Source: Longivirga aurantiaca | Lineage (GTDB): Bacteria; Actinomycetota; Actinomycetes; S36-B12; CAIYMF01 | Reading direction: 5' to 3' | Length of the DNA: 32,000 bases | Assembly (NCBI RefSeq): GCF_042660085.1 | Contig: NZ_JBHSTI010000008.1 | Span: forward strand, 2,175,604 to 2,207,603 | Program-made: the position numbers and the translations under genes | Shown: positions 11,802-21,056 of the stretch, in pieces | How the letters are laid out: every line of letters starts with the position of its first letter | Position numbering within the stretch: position 1 is the stretch's first letter | The notes under the pieces: generated by a model | What the model was told of the DNA's origin: nothing | Seen by the model: the letters and a program-made list of their open reading frames with translations, nothing else | Database searches by the model: none

Positions 11802-13373
11802 TCAGTCCGCGGGGTCGGTGCGGGTACGCCGGAACCGGGCGCGCAGCACCTCGATGTCGGTCTGCACTACATCCGGGTCGGGATCGCCCTTCTCGCCGTA
11901 CCAGCCCGCGAGCCGGCCGGCGCGGCTGACCGCGCGCAGCCGTCGCTCGACCTGGCTGCGCACCGCGCGCGGAACCACGATGAGGATCTGGTCGCCGCTG
12001 CGCAGCCGCATCTCGCGCGCAGGCACCAGCGGCTCACGGTCACGCGCGATCAGGCTGACGACCGCTCCCTTGGGCAGCCGCAGCTCGCCGATCGTGACCC
12101 CTTGCAGCTTGGACTCGAGCGGCACCTCGAACTGCAGCACGTCGGCCGAGATGTCCTCGAGCGGCGCGGCCTCCACCTCGATCTCGGCCGTGTGCTCGCG
12201 ATCCACCACGCCCAGCCGGCGGGCCAGGTAGGGCAGCGGCGGCGCCTGGATCAGGGTGAAGACCACGACGAGCAGGAAGACCACGTCGAAGATCTCCTGC
12301 GCCACCGGCAGCCCCTGGCTGAGCGGGATCGTCGCGAGCACGACCGGCACCGCGCCCCGCAGCCCGGCCCAGGACAGGAACGCCTGCTCGCGCACGCCGA
12401 CCCGGAAGAGGAACGTCGACAGCACCACCGACGCCGGCCGCGCGATCACGAGCAGCACGGTGCCGAGCACCAGCGCGGTGGGCAGCGCGTCGAGGAGGCG
12501 GTCCGGGCTCGCGAGCAGGCCGAGCAGCACGAACAGCCCGATCTGCGCGATCCAGCCCAGGGCCTCGACAAATCCGACGGTCGTCGAGCGGTGCGGCAGC
12601 TGGGCGTTCCCGAGCCAGAGCGCGGCGACGTAGATGGCGGCGAAGCCCGACGCCTCCACCGCTCCGGCGGCGGCGAAGGCCAGCATCGCCAGCGCGACGG
12701 TCGCGACCGGGTAGAGGCCCGACGACGGCAGTGCGACGCGGCGCAGCATCTCCTGGCCGAGCCGCGCGATCGCCAGGCCGATGAGCACTCCCCCGACGAG
12801 CTCGTAGACGACCAGGGCTGCGGTCGACCAGGGGTTCAGCGCGTCCCAGCCGTCGGAGGAGAGCAGCGTCACGAGCAGGATGGCCAGCGGGTCGTTGAGC
12901 CCCGACTCGGCCTCGAGCGTTGACGACACACGTCGCTTGATCGGCAGCCGGCGCAGCACCGAGAAGACCGCGGCAGCATCGGTCGACGACACGACCGCGC
13001 CGAACAGCAGGGCCGTGCGCAGGTCGAGGCCGAGCAGGAAGTGCAGGAACCCCGCGGTGACGGCGACGCTCACGGCGACGCCGACCGTCGCGAGCATCAG
13101 CGAACGGCCAAGCACGGGTCGGATCGCGTCCCATCGGGTCGTGAAGCCGCCCTCGGCCAGGATGATCGCCAGCGCGACGAAGCCGAGCACGCGGGTCAGC
13201 GCCGCGTCCTCGTACTCGATGCCGAACCCCGCCTCGCCGAGGACGAGGCCGAAGCCGAGGTAGATCAGCAGGGTCGGGAGGCCTGCCCAGCGCGAGAAGC
13301 GCACCGAGACGACGGCGAGCAGCAGCACCCCGGTGCCGACGAGCAGCACCAGGTAGAGGTCGTGCGTGCTCAT
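11802..13373 (-). CDS. Potassium/proton antiporter, NhaP2/CvrA-like, with C-terminal TrkA-C-like region
   Basis: CPA1-type transmembrane domain (VVSSTDAAAVFSVLR, ESGLNDPLAILLV) followed by LRLPKGAVVSLIARDREPLVPAREMRLRSGDQILIVVP. Confidence 0.88.
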   Translation of the reverse strand: MSTHDLYLVLLVGTGVLLLAVVSVRFSRWAGLPTLLIYLGFGLVLGEAGFGIEYEDAALTRVLGFVALAIILAEGGFTTRWDAIRPVLGRSLMLATVGVAVSVAVTAGFLHFLLGLDLRTALLFGAVVSSTDAAAVFSVLRRLPIKRRVSSTLEAESGLNDPLAILLVTLLSSDGWDALNPWSTAALVVYELVGGVLIGLAIARLGQEMLRRVALPSSGLYPVATVALAMLAFAAAGAVEASGFAAIYVAALWLGNAQLPHRSTTVGFVEALGWIAQIGLFVLLGLLASPDRLLDALPTALVLGTVLLVIARPASVVLSTFLFRVGVREQAFLSWAGLRGAVPVVLATIPLSQGLPVAQEIFDVVFLLVVVFTLIQAPPLPYLARRLGVVDREHTAEIEVEAAPLEDISADVLQFEVPLESKLQGVTIGELRLPKGAVVSLIARDREPLVPAREMRLRSGDQILIVVPRAVRSQVERRLRAVSRAGRLAGWYGEKGDPDPDVVQTDIEVLRARFRRTRTDPAD

Positions 13374-13491
13374 GGCGCGGCAGCGCAGGTCGTGGTCACG
13401 ACTGCCCTGCAGGTCACGCGCCCTCCGTCCGCCGTGGCTCGTTCCTCAGCCTACTGAGACGGTGTCACGCCGAGGTTTCCGCCCGTTGCGG

Positions 13492-13548
13492 CCGGACACC
13501 CCAGCGGCCGGCTCCGAGGGTGTGGGAGCCGGCCGCCGGGGTGTCCGG
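13492..13548 (-). terminator. Large inverted repeat downstream of 13573..14154 gene (probable intrinsic terminator)
   Basis: 24-bp arms CCGGACACCCCAGCGGCCGGCTCC (13492-13515) / GGAGCCGGCCGCCGGGGTGTCCGG (13525-13548), one mismatch, 9-nt loop. Confidence 0.65.
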
Positions 13549-13572
13549 GGTGGTCGTGCGGAGCGCGGACGG

Positions 13573-14154
13573 TCAGGGGCGCTGGCCAGCGTCGGACGGC
13601 TTGCCTGCGTGGGCGGGCTTGCCGTGACCCGCCTTCTTGTCGGCAGCCTTGGCCTTGCCGTTCGCGCCGGGCTCGGTGGCCGGTGCGTCGGTGCCGTCGT
13701 CGGTGGCCTCCGGCGTGCCCTTCTTGTCGAGGTAGACCTGGGCGCAGTAGTCCTCGACCGTGCCCTCGCCGGCAGCGGCGACGAGCGCAGCAGCAGCGGG
13801 GTTGCCCGCGTCGGCCTTGTCCTGGGTCAGGCCGCCGTGCGCCCACGCGGTGCACAGGCCGTAGGCGGCCGGTCCGGTGGCGTCCGGGCCGGTGGTCGCC
13901 GACTCCTCGGCGGCGGGGCTCGTCGCGTCGTCCGCGACCTCGTCGGTGGTGTCGTCGGACGCCGTGGTCGGGTCATCGGCGGCCGTCTCGTCACCGGTCG
14001 ACGCGCTAGTGGGGTCGGTGCTGGTGACCGTGGGCTCGTCCGAGCCTGCGAGCGCGACGGGCAGGGCAACCGTTGCGGCGGCACCGCCGGCGAGAAGGAC
14101 GGCGCTCACGGCCGCGGCGGCAGCCTTGGAGGTGAGCAGGGCGGTGAGCAGCAT
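13573..14154 (-). CDS. Hypothetical exported/membrane-anchored Ala/Thr/Asp-rich protein
   Basis: N-terminal hydrophobic segment AAAAAVSAVLLAGGAAATVALPVALAG, low-complexity T/D/S linker, then a conserved-looking segment AAYGLCTAWAHGGLTQ...VEDYCAQVY. Confidence 0.6.
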   Translation of the reverse strand: MLLTALLTSKAAAAAVSAVLLAGGAAATVALPVALAGSDEPTVTSTDPTSASTGDETAADDPTTASDDTTDEVADDATSPAAEESATTGPDATGPAAYGLCTAWAHGGLTQDKADAGNPAAAALVAAAGEGTVEDYCAQVYLDKKGTPEATDDGTDAPATEPGANGKAKAADKKAGHGKPAHAGKPSDAGQRP

Positions 14155-14673
14155 GTGGATTCCTCACGTCGGCCGGGCGGTGTGCCCGTCTGGGCGAGGA
14201 ACGACGCTCCACTGCGACCCGTTACCGCCGGAACGCCATCTGCGACGAAACTGCGCCGGATGGGTGACGATCCGTGGGCTGCGCGGGTGAACGCCCCGCT
14301 GACCGGACGACCACGACCGCGGCGGAGGCCGAACGGACCGACGAGACCTCCGTCAGCGCCCGGGCCTGCGGTGCGACGAACCCGGTCCCTGCACCCACGT
14401 CGACGCACCTGCCGCGCCGTTCACGGCGCCCTGCTCTCCGTCGCCGTGACGCCGTGATGCCGGGGCGGCTCCGGCGGCTGGCGGGCAGTCCGGGACGGCC
14501 TGTTGCGGCTGCGGCGGCTGGAGCCCTCGGCGATCGTAGGTAGCCATCGCGGCGGTGTGTCCCGCTCGTTGGCACCTCGCGTGGAACGGCGACCGCCATG
14601 AGATCGGGCAGAGCGCGCCCTACCTCTGCGCGGTCGCTGCGAGGCCGCTGACGACGCGGCTCGCCCAGATCGT

Positions 14674-16311
14674 TCAGTCGGCGGGAATCGCCTCGACATC
14701 GACTCCGGACATCGCCAGGACGGCTGCCCGCACGGTGGGGAAGCGGGACGTGTCCGGAAGCAGGTCGGTGAGGCCGAGCGCCTCCAGATGCTGATCGAAG
14801 GCGCGACGGGAACGTGCGATCACGAACTGGATCCCCTTGTCGCGCAGCTGCTCGATCATCTTCCGCAGCCCCTCGGCGCCCGAAGCGTCGAGGCTCACCA
14901 CGGCCTCCGCGTCGAGCACTACCGCACGCACCTCGTGCGGGGCGCCGTCCACCGCCTCTCGGACGCGGCCGGCGAAGTAGCGGCTGTTGGCGAAGAACAG
15001 CCGGTCGTCAAGACGGTAGACGACGACTCCGGGCACGACCCTCGCCTTCGGCCGTCGCTGGACGTCGACGAAGCGGCGCGCCACCGGGTCCCAGCCCAGC
15101 ACTGCGTCGCGGGGCTGTGCGCTCGTACGCACGACGTCGATGATGGACAGAAGGACGGCGAGGATCAGCGAAGGCAGCAGGCCGATCGTGATCATCCCCA
15201 GGACCAGGACTCCAGCGATCGCGAACTCGGGCCGTGAGCCCCGCCAGAGCGCTCTCCAGGCCTGGAGGTCGATGAGGCCGAGGGCGGCGAAGATGATGAC
15301 TGCTGCCAGCGTGGCCTTCGGCAGGAGGGCGAGCACGCCTGTCAGGAACAGCAGGACCACCGCGGCCACGGCCACCTGGACGAGCCCGACCACCTGCGTA
15401 CGTCCGCCCACCCGGACGTTGATCGCGGTACGGGATCCACTCGATCCGAGCGGGAAGGACTGCGACAGCCCGGCGGCGAGGTTGACGCCGGCGAGCGCCA
15501 TCAGCTCCTGGTTCGCGTCGACGGGACGGCCGCCGTCGAGGGCGAAGCTGCGTGCAGCGAGGATGGCGTCGGCGAAGCCCACCAGAGCGACCGCGATCGC
15601 GATCGGGACGAGCTGGAGCACCTGCACTGCTCCGACGCCGGGCCAGTCCAAGGCCGGCAGCCCGGCAGGGATGTCCCCCACCAGCGTGACGCCCAGGCCG
15701 TCGAAGTCCCAAGCCCACGATAGGGCGATCGCGATGACGGTCACCGCGAGCAGTGCCGGGAAGCGGGGAAGCCAGCGTGCTCCGACCATGAGCGCCGCCA
15801 ACGACAGGCCCCCGACCAGGAGCTCGAGCTGGTCCACCTGCCCCACGAACCCGGTCAGGAACGACGCGTACTCCTGCAGCGGGGTGTCGCCCTCGACCGC
15901 GACCCCCGTGAACTCGTCGAGCTGGCCCGCGAGGAGGGTGAGCGCAAGACCCGTGAGGAAGCCCAGCAGGACCGACGTCGAGAAGTAGTCGGCGACCCAG
16001 CCGAGGCGGAACACGCGTGCGAGGACGAAGGCCGCCGCCACCAGGAGCGCCATCATCGCGGCCAGCACCGGGTAGTCGGCCGGGTCCGAGCTGATCGCGA
16101 CCAGCGCCGGCCCCACCATGAGCGCCGTGGTCGCGGTCGGTCCCGTCATCAGGTTGCGTGAGGAACCGAGCAGCGCGTACACAGCCAACGGCAGCAGCAG
16201 TCCGTAGAGCCCCGAGACGACCGGCAGCCCCGCCGTCTGCGCATAGGCCATCGATTGGGGGATCGCGATCGCGGCGAGAGCCACGCCGGCGACGAGATCC
16301 GCGCGCAACAC
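14674..16311 (-). CDS. SulP family inorganic anion transporter with STAS domain
   Basis: AIAIPQSMAYAQTAGLPVVSGLYGLLLPLAVYALLGSSRNLMTGPTATTALMVG; C-terminal STAS with VVLDAEAVVSLDASGAEGL. GTG start at 16311. Confidence 0.92.
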   Translation of the reverse strand: MLRADLVAGVALAAIAIPQSMAYAQTAGLPVVSGLYGLLLPLAVYALLGSSRNLMTGPTATTALMVGPALVAISSDPADYPVLAAMMALLVAAAFVLARVFRLGWVADYFSTSVLLGFLTGLALTLLAGQLDEFTGVAVEGDTPLQEYASFLTGFVGQVDQLELLVGGLSLAALMVGARWLPRFPALLAVTVIAIALSWAWDFDGLGVTLVGDIPAGLPALDWPGVGAVQVLQLVPIAIAVALVGFADAILAARSFALDGGRPVDANQELMALAGVNLAAGLSQSFPLGSSGSRTAINVRVGGRTQVVGLVQVAVAAVVLLFLTGVLALLPKATLAAVIIFAALGLIDLQAWRALWRGSRPEFAIAGVLVLGMITIGLLPSLILAVLLSIIDVVRTSAQPRDAVLGWDPVARRFVDVQRRPKARVVPGVVVYRLDDRLFFANSRYFAGRVREAVDGAPHEVRAVVLDAEAVVSLDASGAEGLRKMIEQLRDKGIQFVIARSRRAFDQHLEALGLTDLLPDTSRFPTVRAAVLAMSGVDVEAIPAD

Positions 16312-16543
16312 GCGCGGGGAGTATGAGCGCAGGTCCCCGACGAGGGGGGCAAGCGATTCCAGGACCGGGGGTCGGCTCGAGGCGGATGCACCTCGGTCGG
16401 GTCACCCGCCTGCTGCTGGTCCGCCGGCTCAGGGCGTCGCGACTCGTCCATCGCGCACATTGCATCGCACATGCCCCGACCGATGCAGCAGATGCGCCCG
16501 AGAGATTCCGCATTCGCGGTGCATCCCGGGTCGCCACAAGGCC

Positions 16544-17158
16544 ATGCTGTCGCTCGTGATGGGGGTGGACGCGTGGACCGCGGTGCCGCGGCCGTTCCAT
16601 GCCATGTCTGCACCCACGGGCGCCATCTGCAACCTCGGCTGCGAGTACTGCTTCTACCTGGCCGATGAGTCCCTCTACCCCGGCGGCTCCTCCCGGATGC
16701 CCGAGGATGTCCTCGAGGGCTACGTGGTCGGGCTCCTCGAGGCGCAGGCAGGTCTGGCGGAGGTGGTCATCGCCTTCGAGGGCGGTGGGCCCACCCGGGT
16801 CGGGAGCCTGGCCGACGCCCGGACACTGCTTCAGATGGTCGACTCCCCGAAGCAGACGGCGTTCGGCACCGCGACACGCGACAGCCTGCCTCAGTGCTTC
16901 CGGCGGTGCGATGTCGGCTTCGCCTGCGGCGGCTGCTGTCCGAAGGACCGTCTGATCGACGCTCCTGGTGGCGAGGCAGGGCTCAACTGGTTCTGCTCGG
17001 GCCACCGGTCGTTCTTCCGGCACATCGACGCACCGATGCGGACGATGGCCGATGTCGTCCCGACCGGCAGCGGCGCCGCCGATGTCATGGGCTGGTATGC
17101 GCAGCACCAGCCTGATCCGCACTCGGCTGCGCCGGCACCCAGTGGAGGAGCACCATGA
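16544..17158 (+). CDS. Internally deleted anaerobic sulfatase maturase-like ORF (probable remnant)
   Basis: PTGAICNLGCEYCFYLADESLYPGGSSRMPEDVLEGYVVGLLEAQAGLAEVVIAFEGGGPTRVG runs directly into SLADARTLLQMVDSPKQTAFG...CFRRCDVGFACGGCCPKDR. Relative to the 422-aa copy at 4844..6112 about 240 aa are missing in frame at ~16797-16808. Alternative starts at 16559 and 16604. Confidence 0.8.
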   Translation: MLSLVMGVDAWTAVPRPFHAMSAPTGAICNLGCEYCFYLADESLYPGGSSRMPEDVLEGYVVGLLEAQAGLAEVVIAFEGGGPTRVGSLADARTLLQMVDSPKQTAFGTATRDSLPQCFRRCDVGFACGGCCPKDRLIDAPGGEAGLNWFCSGHRSFFRHIDAPMRTMADVVPTGSGAADVMGWYAQHQPDPHSAAPAPSGGAP

Positions 17159-20058
17159 GCAAGACGCAGATGCTGATCGTCGCGGGCTACTCAGACGCCG
17201 ACGTCGCAGAAGCCGAGTTCCGGACGCTGGCCGACATGGTGGCGGCGAAGAAGCTGAGCAGCCAGGGGATCATCCTCGTCGGCAAGGGGCCGGACGGCGA
17301 GCCGCGGCTCATGGACACGGGCAACCACCTCGGCCGTCGCGGCGCTGCGTGGGGCGGTGGCGCCGGGGTCCTGGTGGGCCTGTTCGCGCCGCCCATGCTC
17401 GGTGCCGTCGCCGTGGGCGCCGCCGCCGGCGCCGTGGTGGGTCACTTCGCCGGCAACAAGCTGACGGCAGTGGTCCAGGAACAGATCGGAGCGGCCCTGA
17501 AGGCAGGCACCGCCGTCATCATCGGCGTTTTCCCGGCCGAGGACCGTCTTGTCGTCGAGCGCGCCCTGCCGGGAGCACCGCTCAAGTCCGTCGTGGAGAG
17601 CGACGAGGGCGGCATCGACGAGCTGAAGGCCAAGCTGGCCGAGGCGATGGGCAAGTTCCAGCCCGACCGGACGGTGCTGCCCGTCCCGGACAAGCCATTC
17701 AGCGGGGTGGCCGGGCGCACCATCGACGAGTCCGTGGGCGACTGGTCCATCGTCGCGGCCACGAAGGCTCCCGAGGACGCCCCCAACGTGCTCGTGGTGC
17801 TCATCGACGACGCCGGCTTCGGAGGGCCGGACACGTTCGGGGGCGGGATCCGGACGCCGAACCTCAGCCGCGTGCAGCAGCAGGGACTCACCTACAACCG
17901 GTTCCACGTCACGGCCGTCTGCTCGCCCACCCGCGCCGCGCTGCTGACCGGTCGCAACCACCACCGCGTGGGCATGGGGGGTATCGCAGAGTTCCCTGGC
18001 CCCTTCCCTGGCTACACGGGAATCCGACCCAGGGCGACGACCGCCCTGCCGCGGATCCTCAAGGAGAACGGGTACATCACCGGTGGCTTCGGCAAGTGGC
18101 ACATGACTCCCGGCCATGACATGGGCGCGGCCGGGTCGTTCGACCACTGGCCGACCGGGTGGGGCTTCGACCACTGGTGGGGCTTCCTGACCGGTGCAGC
18201 CGGCCAGTACGACCCCATCATCACCCTGGACAACTCGACCCTGGGCGTGCCCGAGGGCGACGACGGCAAGCTCTACTACTTCCCGGACGACATCACCGAC
18301 AAGACCGTCGAGTGGCTGCACGCGGTGCGCGCGCAGGATGCCGACAAGCCCTGGTTCGTCTACTACTCGACCGGAGCGACGCACGCTCCGCACCACGTCG
18401 CCAAGGAGTGGGCCGACAAGTACAAGGGCCAGTTCGATGACGGATGGGACGTCTACCGCGAGCGCACGCTCGAGCGCCAGAAGGCACTCGGCATCGTCCC
18501 GCCCGACACCGAGCTCACCGAGCGGCCCGACATCTTCCCCGCATGGGACAGCCTCTCCGAAGCGGAGCGGAAGCTCTACGCGCGGCAGATGGAGGTCTTC
18601 GCCGGGTTCTCCGAGAACGCCGACTGGAACGTCGGACGGCTGCTCGATGCAGTGGAGGAGATGGGCGAGCTCGACAACACCCTCGTGATCTACATCTGGG
18701 GCGACAACGGCGCGTCCATGGAGGGCACCGTCACCGGTTCGTTCAACGAGACGACGTTCTTCAACGGGCTGGTCCTCGACGCCGAGGAGCAGTTCGCGCT
18801 GATCGACAAGTACGGCGGCATCGCCGAGCTCGGCGGCTTCCACACCGCACCCCACTTCGCGGCTGCGTGGGCGCACGCGAACAACACGCCGTTCCAGTGG
18901 GGGAAGCAGATGGCCAGCCACCTCGGAGGCACTCGCGACCCCATGGTGGTGTCGTGGCCGAAGCGGATCCCCGCAGGCGGAAGCCTGCGCACGCAGTTCA
19001 CCCACTGCATCGACGTCGTCCCCACGATCCTCGAGGTCGTCGGGCTGCCCGTGCCGACGAGCGTGGACGGCGTGGCGCAGGAGCCGATGGACGGAACCAG
19101 CTTCGCCTACACCTTCGACAGCCCTGACGCCGAGGAGCAGCACACCACCCAGTACTTCGAGATGTACGGGAGCCGTGCGATCTACAAGGACGGCTGGTGG
19201 GCCTGCACCAAGCTCGACAAGCTGCCGTGGGACTTCGGGCCGGCGACGCTCGCTCGGTTCGGTCCGGGCAGCGGATGGGACCCGAACGCGGACGTGTGGG
19301 AGCTGTACCACCTCGCCGACGACTTCTCGCAGGCCCGGAACGTCGCGGCCGAGCTCCCTGACAAGGTCGCCGAGCTGGTCGAGCTCTTCTGGTCGGAGGC
19401 CGAACGCAACCGCGTGCTGCCGCTGCTCGGAGGGTTCGCTGCCTTCTTCGGCATCCTCCCGCCCATGCCCACGCAGACCCGGTTCACCTTCGCCGGTGAC
19501 GTCCAGAACATCCAGACGACCATGATCCCGAGGATCTACGGACGCTCGTACGCCATCGAGGCCGACGTGCACGTCCCGGAAGGAGGCGCGCAGGGTGTGC
19601 TCGTGGCGTTCGCCGACTTCATCGGCGGCTTCGCGCTGTGGGTCGACGAGAACGGCCTGCTCAACCACACCTACCAGTACTTGGGCGTCGACACCTACCG
19701 CCAGACGTCGAAGGAGCCGATCCCGACCGGCGATGTCACGTTGAAGATGCTGTTCCAGGCCGACGAGACCAGACCGGGCACCGGGGGCCGCGTGTCCTTG
19801 TGGGCGGACGATCGACAGATCGGCGAGGGCGATCTGCCGCGCACGATCTCGCTGATCTTCAGCACCTACGCCGGCATGGACATCAGCCGGGACAACGGCG
19901 GTGTCGTCGACCTCGACTACGAGGACCGGGCGCCGTATGCGTTCACGGGGACGGTGCGCAACGTCGTCTTCGACCTCGCGCCGCGCGCTCTGGACGATGA
20001 GCTGGCCCTGCACGAAGCCGCATCACGGGCCGCACTCGCTCACGGCGCCGCGGGATAG
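17155..20058 (+). CDS. Arylsulfatase with N-terminal DUF1269-like glycine-rich domain
   Basis: 967 aa. N-term MLIVAGYSDADVAEAEFRTL...GRRGAAWGGGAGVLVGLFAPPMLGAVAVGAAAGAVVGHFAG...; then NVLVVLIDDAGFGG...VTAVCSPTRAALLTGRNHH (C-x-P-x-R). ATGA overlap with the truncated maturase ORF. Confidence 0.92.
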   Translation: MSKTQMLIVAGYSDADVAEAEFRTLADMVAAKKLSSQGIILVGKGPDGEPRLMDTGNHLGRRGAAWGGGAGVLVGLFAPPMLGAVAVGAAAGAVVGHFAGNKLTAVVQEQIGAALKAGTAVIIGVFPAEDRLVVERALPGAPLKSVVESDEGGIDELKAKLAEAMGKFQPDRTVLPVPDKPFSGVAGRTIDESVGDWSIVAATKAPEDAPNVLVVLIDDAGFGGPDTFGGGIRTPNLSRVQQQGLTYNRFHVTAVCSPTRAALLTGRNHHRVGMGGIAEFPGPFPGYTGIRPRATTALPRILKENGYITGGFGKWHMTPGHDMGAAGSFDHWPTGWGFDHWWGFLTGAAGQYDPIITLDNSTLGVPEGDDGKLYYFPDDITDKTVEWLHAVRAQDADKPWFVYYSTGATHAPHHVAKEWADKYKGQFDDGWDVYRERTLERQKALGIVPPDTELTERPDIFPAWDSLSEAERKLYARQMEVFAGFSENADWNVGRLLDAVEEMGELDNTLVIYIWGDNGASMEGTVTGSFNETTFFNGLVLDAEEQFALIDKYGGIAELGGFHTAPHFAAAWAHANNTPFQWGKQMASHLGGTRDPMVVSWPKRIPAGGSLRTQFTHCIDVVPTILEVVGLPVPTSVDGVAQEPMDGTSFAYTFDSPDAEEQHTTQYFEMYGSRAIYKDGWWACTKLDKLPWDFGPATLARFGPGSGWDPNADVWELYHLADDFSQARNVAAELPDKVAELVELFWSEAERNRVLPLLGGFAAFFGILPPMPTQTRFTFAGDVQNIQTTMIPRIYGRSYAIEADVHVPEGGAQGVLVAFADFIGGFALWVDENGLLNHTYQYLGVDTYRQTSKEPIPTGDVTLKMLFQADETRPGTGGRVSLWADDRQIGEGDLPRTISLIFSTYAGMDISRDNGGVVDLDYEDRAPYAFTGTVRNVVFDLAPRALDDELALHEAASRAALAHGAAG

Positions 20059-20098
20059 CCGCCTCGACGCGCCGCCAGCAGGTGGCGCGTCGAGGCGG
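20059..20098 (+). terminator. Probable intrinsic terminator directly after the sulfatase stop codon
   Basis: Perfect 15-bp inverted repeat CCGCCTCGACGCGCC (20059-20073) / GGCGCGTCGAGGCGG (20084-20098), 10-nt loop, no U-tract. Confidence 0.65.
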
Positions 20099-20280
20099 GA
20101 GCCGCGCGAGGGGGCGATCCGTACCAGGACGGCTCCCTCTCCGCCCCTCTCCGCGGCCAAGCGGGCACGAAGGGACGGCGCGCGAGAGGGCGCCACCTCG
20201 ATCGGTGCACCGGATCATCTGCCGGGCGTCGCGCCCAGGCACCGACGTACTGTGACAGCCACTGAAGGGATGCGGGACTG

Positions 20281-20754
20281 ATGAGGACTCGATTCGCAGG
20301 GATCGTCGTCGCTGCGTCGCTGCTGGCGCTGACAGGCTGCTCGCAGCAGTCGGAGGCCGATGCGGTTGCGTCGTTGGACGCGCGGCTGGCCACGGTGGAG
20401 GACCGGCTCGCGGGCGTCGAGGCGGTCGTGGGCGAGGCGCTCATAGCCGAGCCGGCGAAGCAGCTCCAGGCGGAGCTCGACCAGCTCGTGCTCGATGTCG
20501 CCGGTGCGGAGGTGCCGGCGGACGTCCAGGCCGACCTGGACGCGGCGAAGGACGCCGTGGCCGACGCCCAGGCGGCGGCCGAGGCGGCCATCGCCGCCGA
20601 GGAGGCGGAGGACGCCGCCACGGCGGAGGCCGTGGCGGCTGCTCAGAAGGCGATCGCCGATGCGCGCGCCAAGCTGGAGGCGGTCAAGGAGGCCTTGGCC
20701 GGGTTCCTCGCCACGGCACGGCCGACACCGAGCGCCTCGCCCTCTCCCAGCTGA
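20281..20754 (+). CDS. Predicted lipoprotein with Ala-rich helical/coiled-coil region
   Basis: MRTRFAGIVVAASLLALTGCSQQS: signal peptide and lipobox LTGC; heptad-like A/E/D/K-rich body. Confidence 0.75.
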   Translation: MRTRFAGIVVAASLLALTGCSQQSEADAVASLDARLATVEDRLAGVEAVVGEALIAEPAKQLQAELDQLVLDVAGAEVPADVQADLDAAKDAVADAQAAAEAAIAAEEAEDAATAEAVAAAQKAIADARAKLEAVKEALAGFLATARPTPSASPSPS

Positions 20755-20814
20755 CGTGGCGGCTCGCGGCAGCACCGCCGTTGTAGCACTGCTCGTACCA
20801 CGGGAGGACATCGC

Positions 20815-21009
20815 ATGAGCAGCACCCCTGCGCCCGAGGACCTGCAGTGGGCCGCCAGCGCGGTCTTCGTCGCCGGCCTCAGCGCCGTCGGCAACTTCAT
20901 GTTCCTGCCGTACCAGCCGCCGTGGGCGATCCTCATCATGGCCCTCGACGTCCTCATCATCTGGGCGCTCGCCACTCGTCGCGAGGCGATCCACCTGCTC
21001 GACAGCTGA
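20815..21009 (+). CDS. Small predicted membrane protein (64 aa)
   Basis: Two hydrophobic stretches: WAASAVFVAGLSAVGNFMFL and WAILIMALDVLIIWAL. Located in an operon-like run. Confidence 0.6.
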   Translation: MSSTPAPEDLQWAASAVFVAGLSAVGNFMFLPYQPPWAILIMALDVLIIWALATRREAIHLLDS

Positions 21010-21056
21010 CCGCGGGCCCGACGCCGCACACAACCCTCGCCGGAAGGACCACGCGC

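Noticed and set aside
14212-14599. Small ORFs in the gap downstream of the first SulP
   Set aside because: Compositionally random (R/P/S/G), no start context or motif; I cannot support any of them.
15008-17122. 704-aa minus ORF spanning SulP and the mini-anSME
   Set aside because: R/G/P-rich shadow frame; both SulP and anSME frames have recognisable motifs.
17191-20013. 940-aa minus ORF opposite the composite sulfatase
   Set aside because: Antisense shadow; the opposite strand has family-specific motifs across its whole length.
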